A stretch of DNA of 37,655 nucleotides from Octopus bimaculoides (taxonomy: Eukaryota): positions 30,093,875 through 30,131,529 of the forward strand of contig NC_069004.1 of assembly GCF_001194135.2 (NCBI RefSeq). The letters are read 5' to 3'. Every line of letters starts with the position of its first letter. Position 1 is the stretch's first letter. The notes beneath the pieces were generated by a model. The model searched no databases, had not been told where the DNA came from, and saw only the letters and a program-made list of their open reading frames with translations. Shown here piece after piece: positions 22,711-37,313 of the stretch. The position numbers and the translations under genes were made by a program.

Positions 22711-23290
22711 TTTGATGGTGATATAGAAAATGATGCATACACCAGAGCTGGCAAGGCAGGAGCGATATTCTAGAATATGCACCAAACAAGGGCAACAACA
22801 AGCCATCATGCAATGAAGGTGCAGCTATATGGTGCAACAGTTATGTCAACTGTTCTGTGCAATCATAGCATATAGAACATGGTAGCAAAGACAGCCAACA
22901 AACTGGACACATTCCACCAACAGTGTGTACAGAACTTCCTCAAAGTCAACTATTGAGACAGGATGGCAAATGAGAAAAACTGAAGAAAATTCTTGCCACT
23001 GCAAAATGTTACGATGCAGCAGTTCCACATGTCATATCTTGCACCTGCCATGTTATTTGACATCCAAAGACTAATGACATGGGCACCAGAAAAAAAATGG
23101 TGAAAGGGTCAGCCCAAAAGCACCTGGTGCCTGACATTATATGAAGACTTTGAAAACACAGGGGCCAGTTGGAGATAGAAGTGGAGAGAACTTAGCAGGT
23201 ATACCACATTAATAGAAGCTTGCTACCGCATGCATTTCACACAGGAGATACATGAGGCAGCAAGGACGACCCTAACTTTAAATAATTTCC
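22711..23290 (+). mobile_element. Degenerate RTE-type LINE, post-RT C-terminal region
   Basis: Translation FDGDIENDAYTRAGKAGAIF*...KVQLYGATVMSTVL...KLDTFHQQCVQNFLKVNY*DRMANE...KGQPKSTW..TLYEDF, with several stops; typical RTE pattern. Confidence 0.75.
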
Positions 23291-23329
23291 TCAATTCAGA
23301 AAAGAATGGAAGCTGAACAACTCTTTTGT

Positions 23330-24370
23330 TACACTGCTTTTGTTTCAATTAATTTTTAAAACAATTTTGATATAATATAATTTTCAATAATTTTGAAAAC
23401 AAACTTTAATGAAAAGTTTAAATTTAGATCACTTTAACCCTTTAGTTACCATATTTTGTTGAAATACACTGCCTTTGATTTAATTAAGCTTGAAAACAAT
23501 AAAGAATTTAGTAAAATAACTCATTATCAAGATGACGTTTGGAACATAAATTAACCTGAAATTTTGTTTGTAGGTTTTAATTCAGAACACATTCACACAA
23601 GAAGTTTATATCTTTTCCATTCTACATCCTTTTCGTCTCAGTCATCTCTCTGATCAGCTGATTCTTTTTAATAAATAATGGCCCTCAAATTAAACACATT
23701 ACCATTTTAACGCCTTTTGTTGCCATAGTTCTGTTGGAATGTATTGTCTATGTTGCAATTAATTTTGAAAATAATGAAGAATTATTAATTTGGCATTTGG
23801 AGGATAAATTTACATGAAATTTTGATGGAAGGTTTAAATGTAAATAAATTTTTATTTTCATATATAACATATAAACATGCACATCTTTCAGAACATTGTC
23901 ATTTTATAAGATTTTGCAGTCAAATTTTTAAATTAACAAACATTTATTTACATGAAAGAAAATTACCAGAGAACTTTCATCTAATTCTTCCAAATCTTTC
24001 TGGTAAAACTGTACTGAAACCATTTGTGGAATGAAACCATTTTTTATCACAACAACTGGTCACACACCACAAGGTTTAACGGAACCTATTGAAGCAAGCC
24101 AGCACGCTTCCCGCATTACCACAGGCGTTAGATTTTGTTTAAAAACCCATTTATAACTATTTCTCTTAAAATACATTTTCTTTCTTACAATTTATTTTGA
24201 AAATAAAGAATTTAGTAAAATAATATTAGGATGACGCTTGGAACATAAACTAACATGAAATTTTGATAGAAGGGTTTAATTTAGATCACTTTAACACTTT
24301 TATTACCATATTTCTACTTAAATACACTACCTGTGTTTCAATTAGATTTGAAATTAACAAGGAATTTAGT
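23330..24370 (+). mobile_element. Cluster of piggyBac-type MITE copies
   Basis: Repeated TTAACCCTTT.GTTACCATAT..GTTGAAATACACT..GAATTTAGTAAAATAA..TTGGAACATAAATTAAC..TTTAGATCACTTTAA blocks. Confidence 0.65.
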
Positions 24371-24814
24371 CAACCATACTACCAACACCATTACAACTAC
24401 CAATCTAAGGTCAAGTAATAATGCCCCAACAACCAACACCCCTTCCTTCAAACCACCAAATTTAAAATGTAACCAAGCCTCACAAAGGAATCACTGATGC
24501 ATAAAAAATGCCAGGAATTCCACTTGAGAGAATAGAATTTCAAACCAAGAATTTAATTGACATACATACTGCTACACATGAAGGAAAGAGCCTCTAAGTG
24601 ACCTCTGAACCAGCTAGAAATAGCAGTAACTTTTTTCCTTAAATAGATGTCATCTAAAAGCATGTAGTAATAATGGATGTACAATGATTAAAAACAAAAA
24701 TTTCTAAGGGATGGTCAAAACTGGAATGCTTTTGTTCATAGGCCTGCTCAATCAGGTCAAAGCTGCAACTAAACAATAACATGAAAATGTAAAAGAAAAA
24801 AAACAGCTTTAATA

Positions 24815-25262
24815 ATAATGATGGTTTCAAATTTTGATACAAGGCCAGCAGTTTTTGAGAGGATGGGGAAATCGATTACATCAATCCAGTTTCTCAACTG
24901 GTATTTATTTCATCAACCCCGAAAGGATGACAGGTAAAGTCGACATCAGTGGAATTTGAACTCGGAATGCAAAGACGGACAAAATGCTGCTAAGTATTTT
25001 GCCCAGCATGCTAATGATGCTGCCAGCTCACCACCTTAATAATAATAATAATCCTTTCGACTACAGACACAAAGCCTGAAATTGTTGGGAGAGGATAAGT
25101 CAATTACATTGACCCTAGTGTGTAGCTGGTACTTATTTCTTCAACAATGAAAAGATGAAAGGTAAAGTTGAACTCAGTGGAATTTGAACTCAGAATGTAA
25201 GGATGGACGAAATGCCACTAAGCATTTCACACAACATGCTAACCAATTTGCCACCTTAATAA
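24815..25262 (-). mobile_element. Two head-to-tail SINE family B copies separated by (AAT)n
   Basis: GGAATTTGAACTC and CACCTTAATAATAAT each occur twice. Confidence 0.75.
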
Positions 25263-25929
25263 TAATAAGGACTACTCTCACCTCCTGCCCAGCATATTGG
25301 ATTGGAAAATGGATGAGTTCCAAATCCTCCCAAATTTATATTTCCAATGAAATAACAAAGAACGACATTTATTAAACACCAGTTCTCTATCTAAAAGTGT
25401 AGACCTTGTAAATATGTCCAAAATTATTAGGGCATTTCTCAGCTTTGATACCACCCATTCTCTTTCCCTTTTCTACGAAAAAAAATTTCTGCAAATAATT
25501 CTTGAACTTTCAAAATATCCACAACATTTGCTTACCCCACACCACCACTGACAAAGTGTGTGTTTGAGTGTGTAGAAATAGGAGTGTAGGATAGCAGGAT
25601 GACAGTAATGATAATGACAGAGATGATGATGATGATGATGGTGGTGACAATAACTATAATAGTGACAAGGCTGGTGTTTTTCTGGTGGTTGGCTACTGTG
25701 AAACTTTGTACTTACGGGTAACTTGTACATATTCAAAGAGATAAGAGTTAGTGTAACCAATGAGCCATCTCGACCCTAAAAAATAGATTATTATATAACA
25801 TAGTAATATGATATATATATATACACACACACAAATATATATACATTATATAACATATACAATCAATAGATTCATATAAGAAGCATAAACAAAAGAAAAT
25901 TGTACTTCAGGAAGTAAAACAATTTAAAG

Positions 25930-26092
25930 AGATTAAATACATTTAAATGAAATGTTACACTTGTTTTTGTTTCTTTAATTTGTTTGAAAAGAATAATTCC
26001 CTAAGTTGTTTTACTAACTTCTTTGTCATATTTAAAATTAATTGAAAGAAACACAGAGCATCTCAACAGAAATATAGTAACAAAAGGGTTAA
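25930..26092 (-). mobile_element. piggyBac-type MITE end
   Basis: Ends AACAGAAATATAGTAACAAAAGGGTTAA, the reverse complement of the family left end. Confidence 0.6.
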
Positions 26093-26410
26093 AGGCACAT
26101 GGTATTAGTGGTTTGGACTATTCAGCTCACAATCATAAAGTTGTGAGTTTGATTCCTGGCAGTACTGTGTGTCCTTGAGCAAGACACTTTATTTCCCATT
26201 GCTCCAGTCCACTCAGCTGGTAATGAGTTGTTCCTATAACCCAAAGGACCAACCTGGTCACATTCTATGCCATGCCGAATCTCCTTGAGAACTGTGTTAA
26301 GAGTGCATGTGCCTGTGGTGTGCTCAGCCACTTGCACTTTGATTTCATGAGCAGGCTGTTCACTTGATTGGACCAATTGGAACCTTTGTCGATGTCACAG
26401 AGTGTCAGTG
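26093..26410 (+). mobile_element. SINE family C
   Basis: GTGTGTCCTTGAGCAAGACACTTTATTTC...GTGCTCAGCCACTTGCAC. Confidence 0.8.
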
Positions 26411-26559
26411 GTTAACCTCTTAAATGCCACTTTAGATTTTGATGCAAACATGTAATGAAGGAGTTATGAATATCAACAAATATATTAACTGATAATGTCT
26501 ATACACTGTTGATATCATAAGCAAACAAATTCTCAACATAATTATTTTCAGATAAGATC

Positions 26560-26722
26560 ACTGATGACAAAGCAATAAGTTACTAAGGTATTAGAAAAAG
26601 AGATTTCAAGAAAAAAAGAGTTAGGTTTGTACTGAAGAGTCTATGAATGAAGTAAATAAACACCAAAGAAGAGGCAACAATAAACAAAGTGTCATCTGGT
26701 TCAAACCCCCATGGAATCTAAA
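26560..26722 (+). mobile_element. Possible decayed Penelope-like element fragment
   Basis: RRGNNKQSVIWFKPPWN resembles the R.R.IIWFNPP(F/Y) motif of Penelope-like RT-GIY-YIG linkers; single short motif only. Confidence 0.3.
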
Positions 26723-26966
26723 AGATGGACAAGGTGGGAGAGGAAGAGGATATGGGGAGATGGGAGGAGAGGGAAGAGAGGAGAGGGGGGAAGAAAGGAG
26801 ATGGGGAGAAGGAAGAGGTAGAGATGGGGAGGGGAGATGGGTAAAGAGGGCAGATGGGAGGAGAGGGGAAAGGGGGAGAGGGGAGGAGAGGATATAGAGC
26901 AGAAGGTGAGGGGAGACAGGAGAGAAAGATGAGAGGGAAAGGAGAGAAAAGATAAGATGGAGAGGG

Positions 26967-26997
<31 letters not shown>

Positions 26998-27327
26998 GAG
27001 ACAAGATGGAGATAGGTGAGAAAGACTAGAGGTGACTGGGAGAGAGATGAGAGGAAGGAGAAGAAAAAAAGAGGGTGGGAAGGAGAGGTGGACAGGAAGG
27101 AGGAGGGCAAAGAAGAGAATGGAGGTCACCAAGTATGTTAGAAGAAAGACCAAAAGAGAAGATTTTGTTTGGGGAGAATAGTAAATCATTGAACTTGAAA
27201 CACAGCACCAACAACAACAACAACAACACTGTCATCACAAAAGTACCACCAGCAAAGCTCTCACTATCTCCTAAGTATGCAAAAGATGCGGATACAAAGC
27301 ACATGCACCATACAGCTGAAATGCATA

Positions 27328-27373
<46 letters not shown>

Positions 27374-27384
27374 TGTATATATAT

Positions 27385-27505
27385 ATATATGCAAACACAC
27401 ACACACACATATATGCAAACACACACACACATATGCAAATACACACACACACATATGCAAACACACACACACACACATATACATATAGAGAGATTTAGAA
27501 ATATA

Positions 27506-27536
<31 letters not shown>

Positions 27537-27775
27537 CATATATATGGAAACACACACATACATATATATATATATATACATACATATTTATATGCAAACA
27601 CACACACATTCAAACACACATATGCAAACACACATATACACACATATGCAAACACATACACATATGAAAACACACATATACATACATATGCAAACACATA
27701 TACACATACATATGCAAACACATATACACATACATATGCAAACACATACACACACATATGCAAACACACATGCAT
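27385..27775 (+). repeat. ATATGCAAACACAC-type minisatellite derived from (TA)/(CA) microsatellites
   Basis: More than 12 ATGCAAACAC units. Confidence 0.8.
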
Positions 27776-28273
27776 ACATACATAGATAAACACACATAGA
27801 CACACACACACACACACACACAAATGTAAGCATATAGAGGAGGCATGCATACAAAGATGTATTTCAAATACACATATTGCCAGATATACACAAACACAGG
27901 CTTATACAGATAGACAAAGGCATACACAAATATGCACACACACACACATACATGTATGCATACATACACACTCTAGCATGTACAGAGACATAAAGACACA
28001 CGCACACCTACATACATACATACACACAGACAAATATCAGTATATACAGATAGACATGATTACATATACACATGCACACACACAAGTTTCAGAAAACCAG
28101 TTGAGATGTCTCCTTTTGTTGTTGGTTTAATGAACTTTATGTTAGTATTAGCACAGCACATTCCACTGCCTGCTCCTCCTATAACACACCTCCACATACA
28201 AACATACAGAAAATGCACACACACAAAGGATATAGAGATTTATATATATATATATATAGTGATGATTATATAT

Positions 28274-28505
28274 CATCATCATCGTTTAACGTCCGCTTTC
28301 CATGCTAGCATGGGTCGGACGATTTGACTGAGGACTGGTGAACCAGGTGGTTACACCAGGCTCCAATCTGATTTGGCAGAGTTTCTACAGCTGGATGCCC
28401 TTCCTAACGCCAACCACTCCGAAAGTGTAGTGGGTGCTTTCACATGCCACCAGCACGAGGGCTAGTCAGGCGGTACTGGCAATGGCCATGCTCAAAAGGT
28501 GTTTT
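28274..28505 (-). mobile_element. RTE 3' tail fragment
   Basis: Same tail family, well preserved. Confidence 0.8.
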
Positions 28506-28523
28506 GTATGTGCTTCACCACCT

Positions 28524-28560
<37 letters not shown>

Positions 28561-28676
28561 TTGTGATGATGATGATGATATATATACATATATATAACAA
28601 AACCTATATGCACACATACTTCAAATAACAGGCATGCATATATACACACATATTCATGGATACATAAATACACATA

Positions 28677-28715
<39 letters not shown>

Positions 28716-29028
28716 TCACACACACGCAAATACAATCACACACACATACACATATATATCTAAACCTCCGCCCTACTATATACATACTGTAACAAACATA
28801 CCATAAGTAACAACTGTAAAATATGGGAGGTACCAGGTATGTTGGGTGGAGGTGTGAAGGTGAATTTATTGTTATATAATTATTATTATTATTATAATTG
28901 TATTATTAGTGGTGGTGGTGGTGGTGGTATTGGTGTGGGAAAAATGGCTATGTAAGAACGTGTGACAGTAAGTGCAGTGTTAAATAATTTGTAAATACCT
29001 AAGCACATACATACATCCGTACATGCAT

Positions 29029-29063
<35 letters not shown>

Positions 29064-29220
29064 CACCCCTACATATATACATACATAAACATATACATTC
29101 AAATGCAGATGAGCATATATTCAAACTTGCATATTGACACTCATACACACACGCATATATATATATATATATATATACACTCACTTATACACACACACAC
29201 ATATACAAACATTCATACAT

Positions 29221-29259
<39 letters not shown>

Positions 29260-29307
29260 CTCACTTATACACACACACATATATAAACATTCATAGATAC
29301 ACACTCT

Positions 29308-29339
<32 letters not shown>

Positions 29340-30179
29340 GCCAAACCACTACCCCCACACCTGCTCCACCACACAATATCAAATGCCAAAAATATCAAAA
29401 AACAAAAAAATACAATCTTCCCATGATTGGTTTACTTAGAAAAATTAATTGCACGCAACAGACAGACACCGCTACCATCAACACCACTGCTCCAAGTTCC
29501 CCCACCACCAGTATCACAACCAATCCAAAATTCTCTCGACAGCACCACCACCCCCTGAATTCCCTCACCACCACTACCCACTGAATTCCCTCAACACCAC
29601 CACTACCATCCAAATTCTCCCACCACCCTTCAAGTTCCCCCACCAACACTCACACACCACCCAACAGGCAGCTAAACACTGATGGGTCTTGGGAAGAATA
29701 AATATTTTTGTTATTGGTTAATGCAGTGGGTTAATGCGTTTGTTGTCAGGTCATCACCAAACACTTCGGCTGGTGGTGGCGGTGTTGGTGGTGTCATTTT
29801 TTTAAACCCTAGGTTCATGTCAGTCCTGGTACAGCAAACCTTGATCAGATCAAACACAATTCAGGTGGCTTCTACTGACCTGTCTATAATTTCAGACATT
29901 AAATAGCAGATGAGAGCATTTAATACTTTTATCTATTGGAACATCTGTTGACAGGTGTGGAGACAATGTATCTAGGAATACAATAAGTTTGTATACACAA
30001 GCATGTGTGTTTTCTACAATGATTTGATAAGCGGTGCTGAGTTTTACAGTTCTGTAAAGGATATTTTATAAGCGTAACCCATAAACTGTGATAGGCCACC
30101 TCAGTGGCCAACACGACAATGCGACAGGCCACGTTTATGGCCACTGACCTAATTTTGATGACGTATAATGTATGGGTTA

Positions 30180-30278
30180 ATACCATTGACCCCAATAGTT
30201 GACGGGTACTTTATTTTATTGACTCTGGAAGGATGAAAGGTAAATTTGATCTTGGCAGGGATTGAACTCAGAACAAAT
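30180..30278 (-). mobile_element. SINE family B, partial
   Basis: GGTACTTTATTTTATTGAC..GGAAGGATGAAAGG..TTGAACTCAG. Confidence 0.55.
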
Positions 30279-30651
30279 AGGAACTTCAAAAGCACCCCCT
30301 CCTCACAAGGGATATGCTCCTCGTTGTCTCAATATCAAGAAGATACAAAGGCTACCCATCCATACCATGAAAATATCATTGCATTACGCGTCAATTAACC
30401 ATGAGTAGAACTCGGCTAAAGCCATCCAAACCACTTTGATATCTGGACCTTCAGTATCATCAAAGGTCCTTTGTTACCAAAAGTACATCCTTAACCCTCT
30501 TTGGACACCCAGGTCAATTGATTGGCCCAAGTGATACAAGCTGAAAGGACCTTGAGGCCGATCCATCAGCCCAGTGAAACAAATGTTTCACAGTGTAATA
30601 GCCAAACAGAGATCGTCTTTCAATAGACACAATAGTTTTACTTGGGCACAA

Positions 30652-30970
30652 GTATGGCTGTGTGGTAAGATACTTGCTTCCCAACCACATGGTTCCGGGT
30701 TCAGTCCCACGGAATAGCACCTTGGATAAGTGTCTTCTACTATAGCCTCGGGCAGACCAAAACCTTGCATGGATTTGGTAGGCAGAAACTGGAAAAAAGC
30801 CTGTCCTGTATGTACATAAATACATATGAATATATATATATGTGTGTGTGTGTGTGTATGTATGTGTGTCCCCCTGCGATTGCTTGACAGCCAATGCTGG
30901 TGTGTTTATGTCCCTGTAACTTAGCAGCTCAGCAAAAGTGATTGATAGAATAAGTACTAGGCTTACAAGG
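30652..30970 (+). mobile_element. SINE family A
   Basis: GGCTGTGTGGTAAG head, core and AGAATAAGTACTAGGCTT. Confidence 0.8.
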
Positions 30971-30982
30971 AATGTATGTGTG

Positions 30983-31023
<41 letters not shown>

Positions 31024-31394
31024 CATACACACACGTATACATATGTGTATGTATGAAAATATGTGTGCATAAATATATATATATATGTATGTGTGCATAT
31101 ATCTGTAATACAGTTCATTTGATTGACTATTGCACACACATTTCCATGGAGGATTTATTGTTTGTTTATGAACATGTAATCAATCAATCCATTATGGAAA
31201 TCTAAGTACAATAGTCATTTAAATAAATCCTTTTAAATATTATTGTATAGAACTTCTATCATGTGAACTGATTAATTAGTAAGTAAAAATGTTTCTCCCA
31301 TAATTAAGATCTTTCCTATAATGAGGAGGTTTTCTATAATGGAGAGGTTTTCTGTTTAAAACATTTTGATACATCAAAATTTTTAAATATATAT

Positions 31395-31600
31395 CTTTTA
31401 TCTTTTACTTGTTTCAGTCATTAGACAGCAGCCATACTGGGGCACCACTTTGAAGAATTCTTCGCCAAATATATTGACTCCAGTACTTATTTTTTTTATA
31501 AGCCAGGTACTTATTCTATCGGTGTCTTTTGCCAGACCACTTAGTTATAGGGGTATAAACATTCCAACAAGTGGTGGTTGAGGACAGAGACAAAGACACA
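31395..31600 (-). mobile_element. SINE family A, diverged 3' half
   Basis: TTTTACTTGTTTCAGTCATT...TACTTATTCTATCGG. Confidence 0.65.
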
Positions 31601-31607
31601 CAAATAT

Positions 31608-32145
31608 AAACTCAGATTTTGTTGAACTGTTAGTGTCTTGCATGCATAGTGGGCCTGCTACCTGCTGCCTACAGTACCGTGCCGTCCTTTTCAACTATCT
31701 AATACTTTCCTTGTAATTCTGGCAGTGACAAGGAGGCAAGTCTTTTGTAACAATTCTACTAGGCACTCTATTACCATTTCCTTTATATTCCTCTTGATGC
31801 CATTTGATACTGTCCCCAAAGGACCCAACAACAATTGCCACTATCTTCACACTACATTATTATATTATTCTTTTTGGAACTCAGATTTTGCGGCAATCTA
31901 CAGTACCATACGATCAGTTCTTTTCAACTATCAAATACTTTCCTGATTATTCTGGCTGTGCCAAGGACACGGAACTTTTGTAACAGTTCTATTGAATATT
32001 CTGTTCCCATTTCCTTTATATATTCCCCTTGAAGCTTTCTCACACTGTCCCCAAAGGACCCAACAATAATTGGCACTATCTTCACATTCTTCATTTTCCA
32101 CAGTCGAGCTGTCTTATATTTAAGAGGGTTCTATACGTCTATTTT
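31608..32145 (-). mobile_element. Two tandem 3' ends of an R4/Dong-type (RLE) non-LTR retrotransposon
   Basis: Right copy reads LKYKTARLWKMKNVKIVPIIVGSFG..QKFRVLGTARIIRKVFDS*; left copy reads VKIVAIVVGSFG..VELLQKTCLLVTARITRKVLDS*. Stops at 31924 and 31691. Matches the RLE endonuclease C-terminal motif V.P.V.GA.G...LQK..LLGTA.I.R. Confidence 0.75.
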
Positions 32146-32153
32146 TGCTATTA

Positions 32154-32188
<35 letters not shown>

Positions 32189-32594
32189 GCTGTTGTCATT
32201 GTTATTATAGCTATACAATGCCTCAGACTATTCAATACACTAGACAACAATGTCATTATTAAATTTCATATAACTCTGGTCTCTTGTTATAGATTTGCTT
32301 CAGTGACCAATTTGGTGCAGTGCCAGACACGTTCTTTCTCAGCAAAAACTTGTACAAACACTGTTTGGGTCACGCATCACCGACCTGTATGCTGTTTACG
32401 CCAATAACGTCAAAAGCCAATAAATATATTTGTTCCATGTTTTGTCCTGCCCTGACTAGACACTACATAAACAGCTCTTAGCCAGTATCTATCATTCATT
32501 CATCCATCCATCCGTCCATCCATTCCAAGTTCGAATGAAGAGCAGTTTTATGATGAAACATTGCTGAATGGCAAGTAGAAAAAAGCCCACCACA

Positions 32595-32675
<81 letters not shown>

Positions 32676-32678
<3 letters not shown>

Positions 32679-32848
32679 CTCTTTTACTTGTTTCAGTCAT
32701 TTGATTGCGGCCATGCTGGAGCACTGCCTTTGAGTCGAGCTAATCAACCCATGGACTTATTCTTTTTAAGCCTAGTACTTATTCTATCGGTCTCTTTAGC
32801 TGAACAGCTAAGTTACAGGGACGTAAACACACCAGCATCGGTTGTCAT
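32676..32848 (-). mobile_element. SINE family A, 3' half
   Basis: CTTTTACTTGTTTCAGTCATTTGA...ACACACCAGCATCGGTTGTCA. Confidence 0.75.
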
Positions 32849-33009
32849 CACGATTTTGTTTTGAGCTGAGTGGGGGTGCTAGATTCCCTTGTTTGAAAAT
32901 ATAAGGACACAGATCATGCCGTATAGCCAGCTGGAGATGATGCCTCCCGGGACTAAATTACAGCAACATTCGTCCTAAACCAGGACTGCCATGTTATGTT
33001 GGCAAACAA

Positions 33010-33300
33010 TCTTTACTCCAAAAGCAGTATATTTTAATGGAAATATGGCAACAAAAGGCCATCTCGTTCATCTTTCTATCGTTTTAAAAAGTATCACATG
33101 ATAGAGAGATGACCAAGATGATAAAGCCATGTAATGAGAAGGGAAGATAAATGATTGGTCTTTAAACCCCTTGACACCAATATGACAAAAACACCACTCC
33201 TGACTTCTACGAGATAAACTTTGTTTTAAAATGATCTAGATTTAAACTTTCCATTAGAATTTTATATTTACCAGATACATAATAAAGTTATTTTACTCTT
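33010..33300 (-). mobile_element. Diverged piggyBac-type MITE fragments
   Basis: TTAAACCCCTTGACACC..TTTTAAAATGATCTAGATTTAAACTTTCCAT..AAAGTTATTTTACT. Confidence 0.45.
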
Positions 33301-33304
33301 ATTA

Positions 33305-33720
33305 TTTTGCTTGGTTCAGTCATCTGACTACGGCCATGCTGGAGCACCACCTTTTTCTTAAGCACATTTTTTAAGCCAAGTACTTATTCTATTGGTCTCT
33401 TATATCAAACCGCTAAGTTACAGGGATGTAAACACACCAACACCGGCTGTCAAGCAGTGACGGTAGACAAACAGACACAAAGAAACACACACACGTGTGT
33501 GTGTGTGTGTATATATNNNNNNNNNNNNNNNNNNNNNNNNNNNNNNNNNNNNNNNNNNNNNNNNNNNNNNNNNNNNNNNNNNNNNNNNNNNNNNNNNNNN
33601 NNNNNNNNNNNNNNNNNNNNNNNNNNNNNNNNNNNNNNNNNNNNNNNNNNNNNNNNNNNNNNNNNNNNNNNNNNNNNNNNNNNNNNNNNNNNNNNNNNNN
33701 NNNNNNNNNNNNNNNNNNNN

Positions 33721-33761
<41 letters not shown>

Positions 33762-33852
33762 CGCGCGTATGTGTATAGAAACTTGCCCAAAGTGCCATGC
33801 AGTGGGACTGAACCCACAATCATGTGGTTGGGAAGCAAGCTTCTTTACCACA
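33305..33852 (-). mobile_element. SINE family A spanning an N-gap in its internal microsatellite
   Basis: 3' half at 33305-33480 and 5' part at 33775-33852. Confidence 0.7.
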
Positions 33853-34362
33853 CACCATACCTTGCTAAATTCTTGGTCCCCTCACCCCACCAAAAAAAAA
33901 AAAATTACTGGAAACAAAAGCAGTGTATTTCAACAGAAATTAGGTAAGAAAAGGAGATCAGATGGTGGTGCATATTTATTGCTCCTCAATGAATATTTTC
34001 CAGTATTTAACAGGATTCTCCAGTGTTTCCAACTCTCATACAGATCACAATATCCTTGGATATACTTTCGAGAACTGCAATAAGCAGATGTGCTTCATGG
34101 GGACACACCTTGGATTATAACCCTGCCTACATGATAAATTTATACATGTTTATGTGTGTTTCCTACTGTCACAAGTGCTTTTTTTTTTTTTACATGGCAC
34201 CATCATCAGTGCTTTTTACGCTGCACCAACACTTTTTATGGCACCATCACCAAAGCACCTGTATGTGCATATATATATCATGTAATGTTTATGTAGACAA
34301 TATTTGTAGGACAGTTAAGCCATTGGAGTACTAGTTAATGTAAAACAGGTCACTAGTGAGAG

Positions 34363-34404
<42 letters not shown>

Positions 34405-34606
34405 CAAAGAATATATATACATGTATACACACATATGTACATACTTACATCTACATGTGTATATAGATGCATATCAGGGTACAGGACGTTAGAACAATGA
34501 ACTACAGACCATGGAACGAACACATAGGAAAACATAGCCACTTGGAATTAATCCTACGTCAGCTGCCTCTATTCTAACTAGACATTTTGAAATCTATGTA
34601 TATATG

Positions 34607-34645
<39 letters not shown>

Positions 34646-35089
34646 GTATATATTACCTATATATAGAAATACTTGCATGCAGACACACACACACACACAT
34701 ATATATATAGTTTGTGTGCAGTTGTGTGTGTGTGTAAATGTAAATGTATAACTTTATGTAAAATTTATTGGTTAAATTTGGAGACGCCCCAGACTTACAA
34801 TGTTTTCATTGTCATATTATAAGGTAAGAAGAATTATGATAAGCAAGAAAAGACAAAGCCCACCCACACACTATACTTCTCTGTGTGTGTGTGTATGAGA
34901 GCGCAGTTTTCTTTAGATAGAAAATACAGGTGAAAATGTGTCACAGTTGTAAAAAGGATTAAGGTAGTATCGTGACTAATGATATAAATAAAAGGAGTGA
35001 TGAATGGCTAATTGATATTATTACTTTTATTGAGCTAGCAGAAATGCTAGAATGTCATTAAAATGTCTTGCAATATTTCCTCCTGCTCT

Positions 35090-36690
<1,601 letters not shown>

Positions 36691-36704
36691 ACATTCCTTC
36701 CAGA

Positions 36705-37120
36705 TACCACCATACCCGAAACCACTCCTGTTTCTAGGGCACAAACTTCCTGTTTTAAAGCAATCTAAATTTAAATTTTCCATTAAAATATTACGTTAAT
36801 TTATGTTCTGAATACAAGCTTAATTAATGACAAAAGTTATTTTACTAAATTATTCATTATTTTAACAATTAATTGAAACAAAGGCAGTGTATTTTTAAAA
36901 GAAACACTGTCACAGAAGTGGTTAAAATGGTAGAGTGTGTGGTTAGAGAGAGATTGTTTATTAAAAGGTATCAGCTGATATGAGCAATGACTAAGATGAA
37001 AAATGTACGTACTGACACCGAAAGATATGTACTAACCCTTTCGGTATCAATTTACCTGAGGCCACCTTTAGTCTACTGATACAAACTTCCTATTTCCACC
37101 CTATAGTGTTCAAACCAGCA
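36705..37120 (-). mobile_element. piggyBac-type MITE and fragments
   Basis: CAAACTTCCTGTTTTAAAGCAATCTAAAT..GACAAAAGTTATTTTACTAAATT..GAAACAAAGGCAGTGTATTT; second start TAACCCTTTCGGTATC near 37034. Confidence 0.6.
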
Positions 37121-37139
37121 TTGTTGTTGTGTTGTTGTT

Positions 37140-37312
37140 GGCACTCCGTCACTTATGATGTCGAGGGTTCCAGTTGATCCGATCAACGGAACAGCCTGCT
37201 CGTGAAATTAACGTGCAAGTGGCTGAGCACTCCACAGACACGTGTACCCTTAACGTAGTTCTCGGGGGATATTCAGCGTGACACAGAGTGTGACAAGGCT
37301 GACCCTTTGAAT
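37140..37312 (-). mobile_element. SINE family C, 3' half, abutting the inverted-duplication boundary
   Basis: GTTCCAGTTGATCCGATCAACGGAACAGCCTGCTCGTGAAATTAACGTGCAAGTGGCTGAGCACTCC is the reverse complement of the family C 3' region. Confidence 0.8.
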
Positions 37313-37313
37313 T

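Noticed and set aside
27026-27300. Transmembrane-like stretch FVMTVLLLLLLVLC as a possible ligand TM exon
   Set aside because: Encoded by a (TTG)n microsatellite, lies upstream of both start exons, and has no convincing splice pair.
30290-30600. Possible RTE RT fragment (LLVTKDL)
   Set aside because: Only a 7-residue resemblance; flanking translation does not support it.
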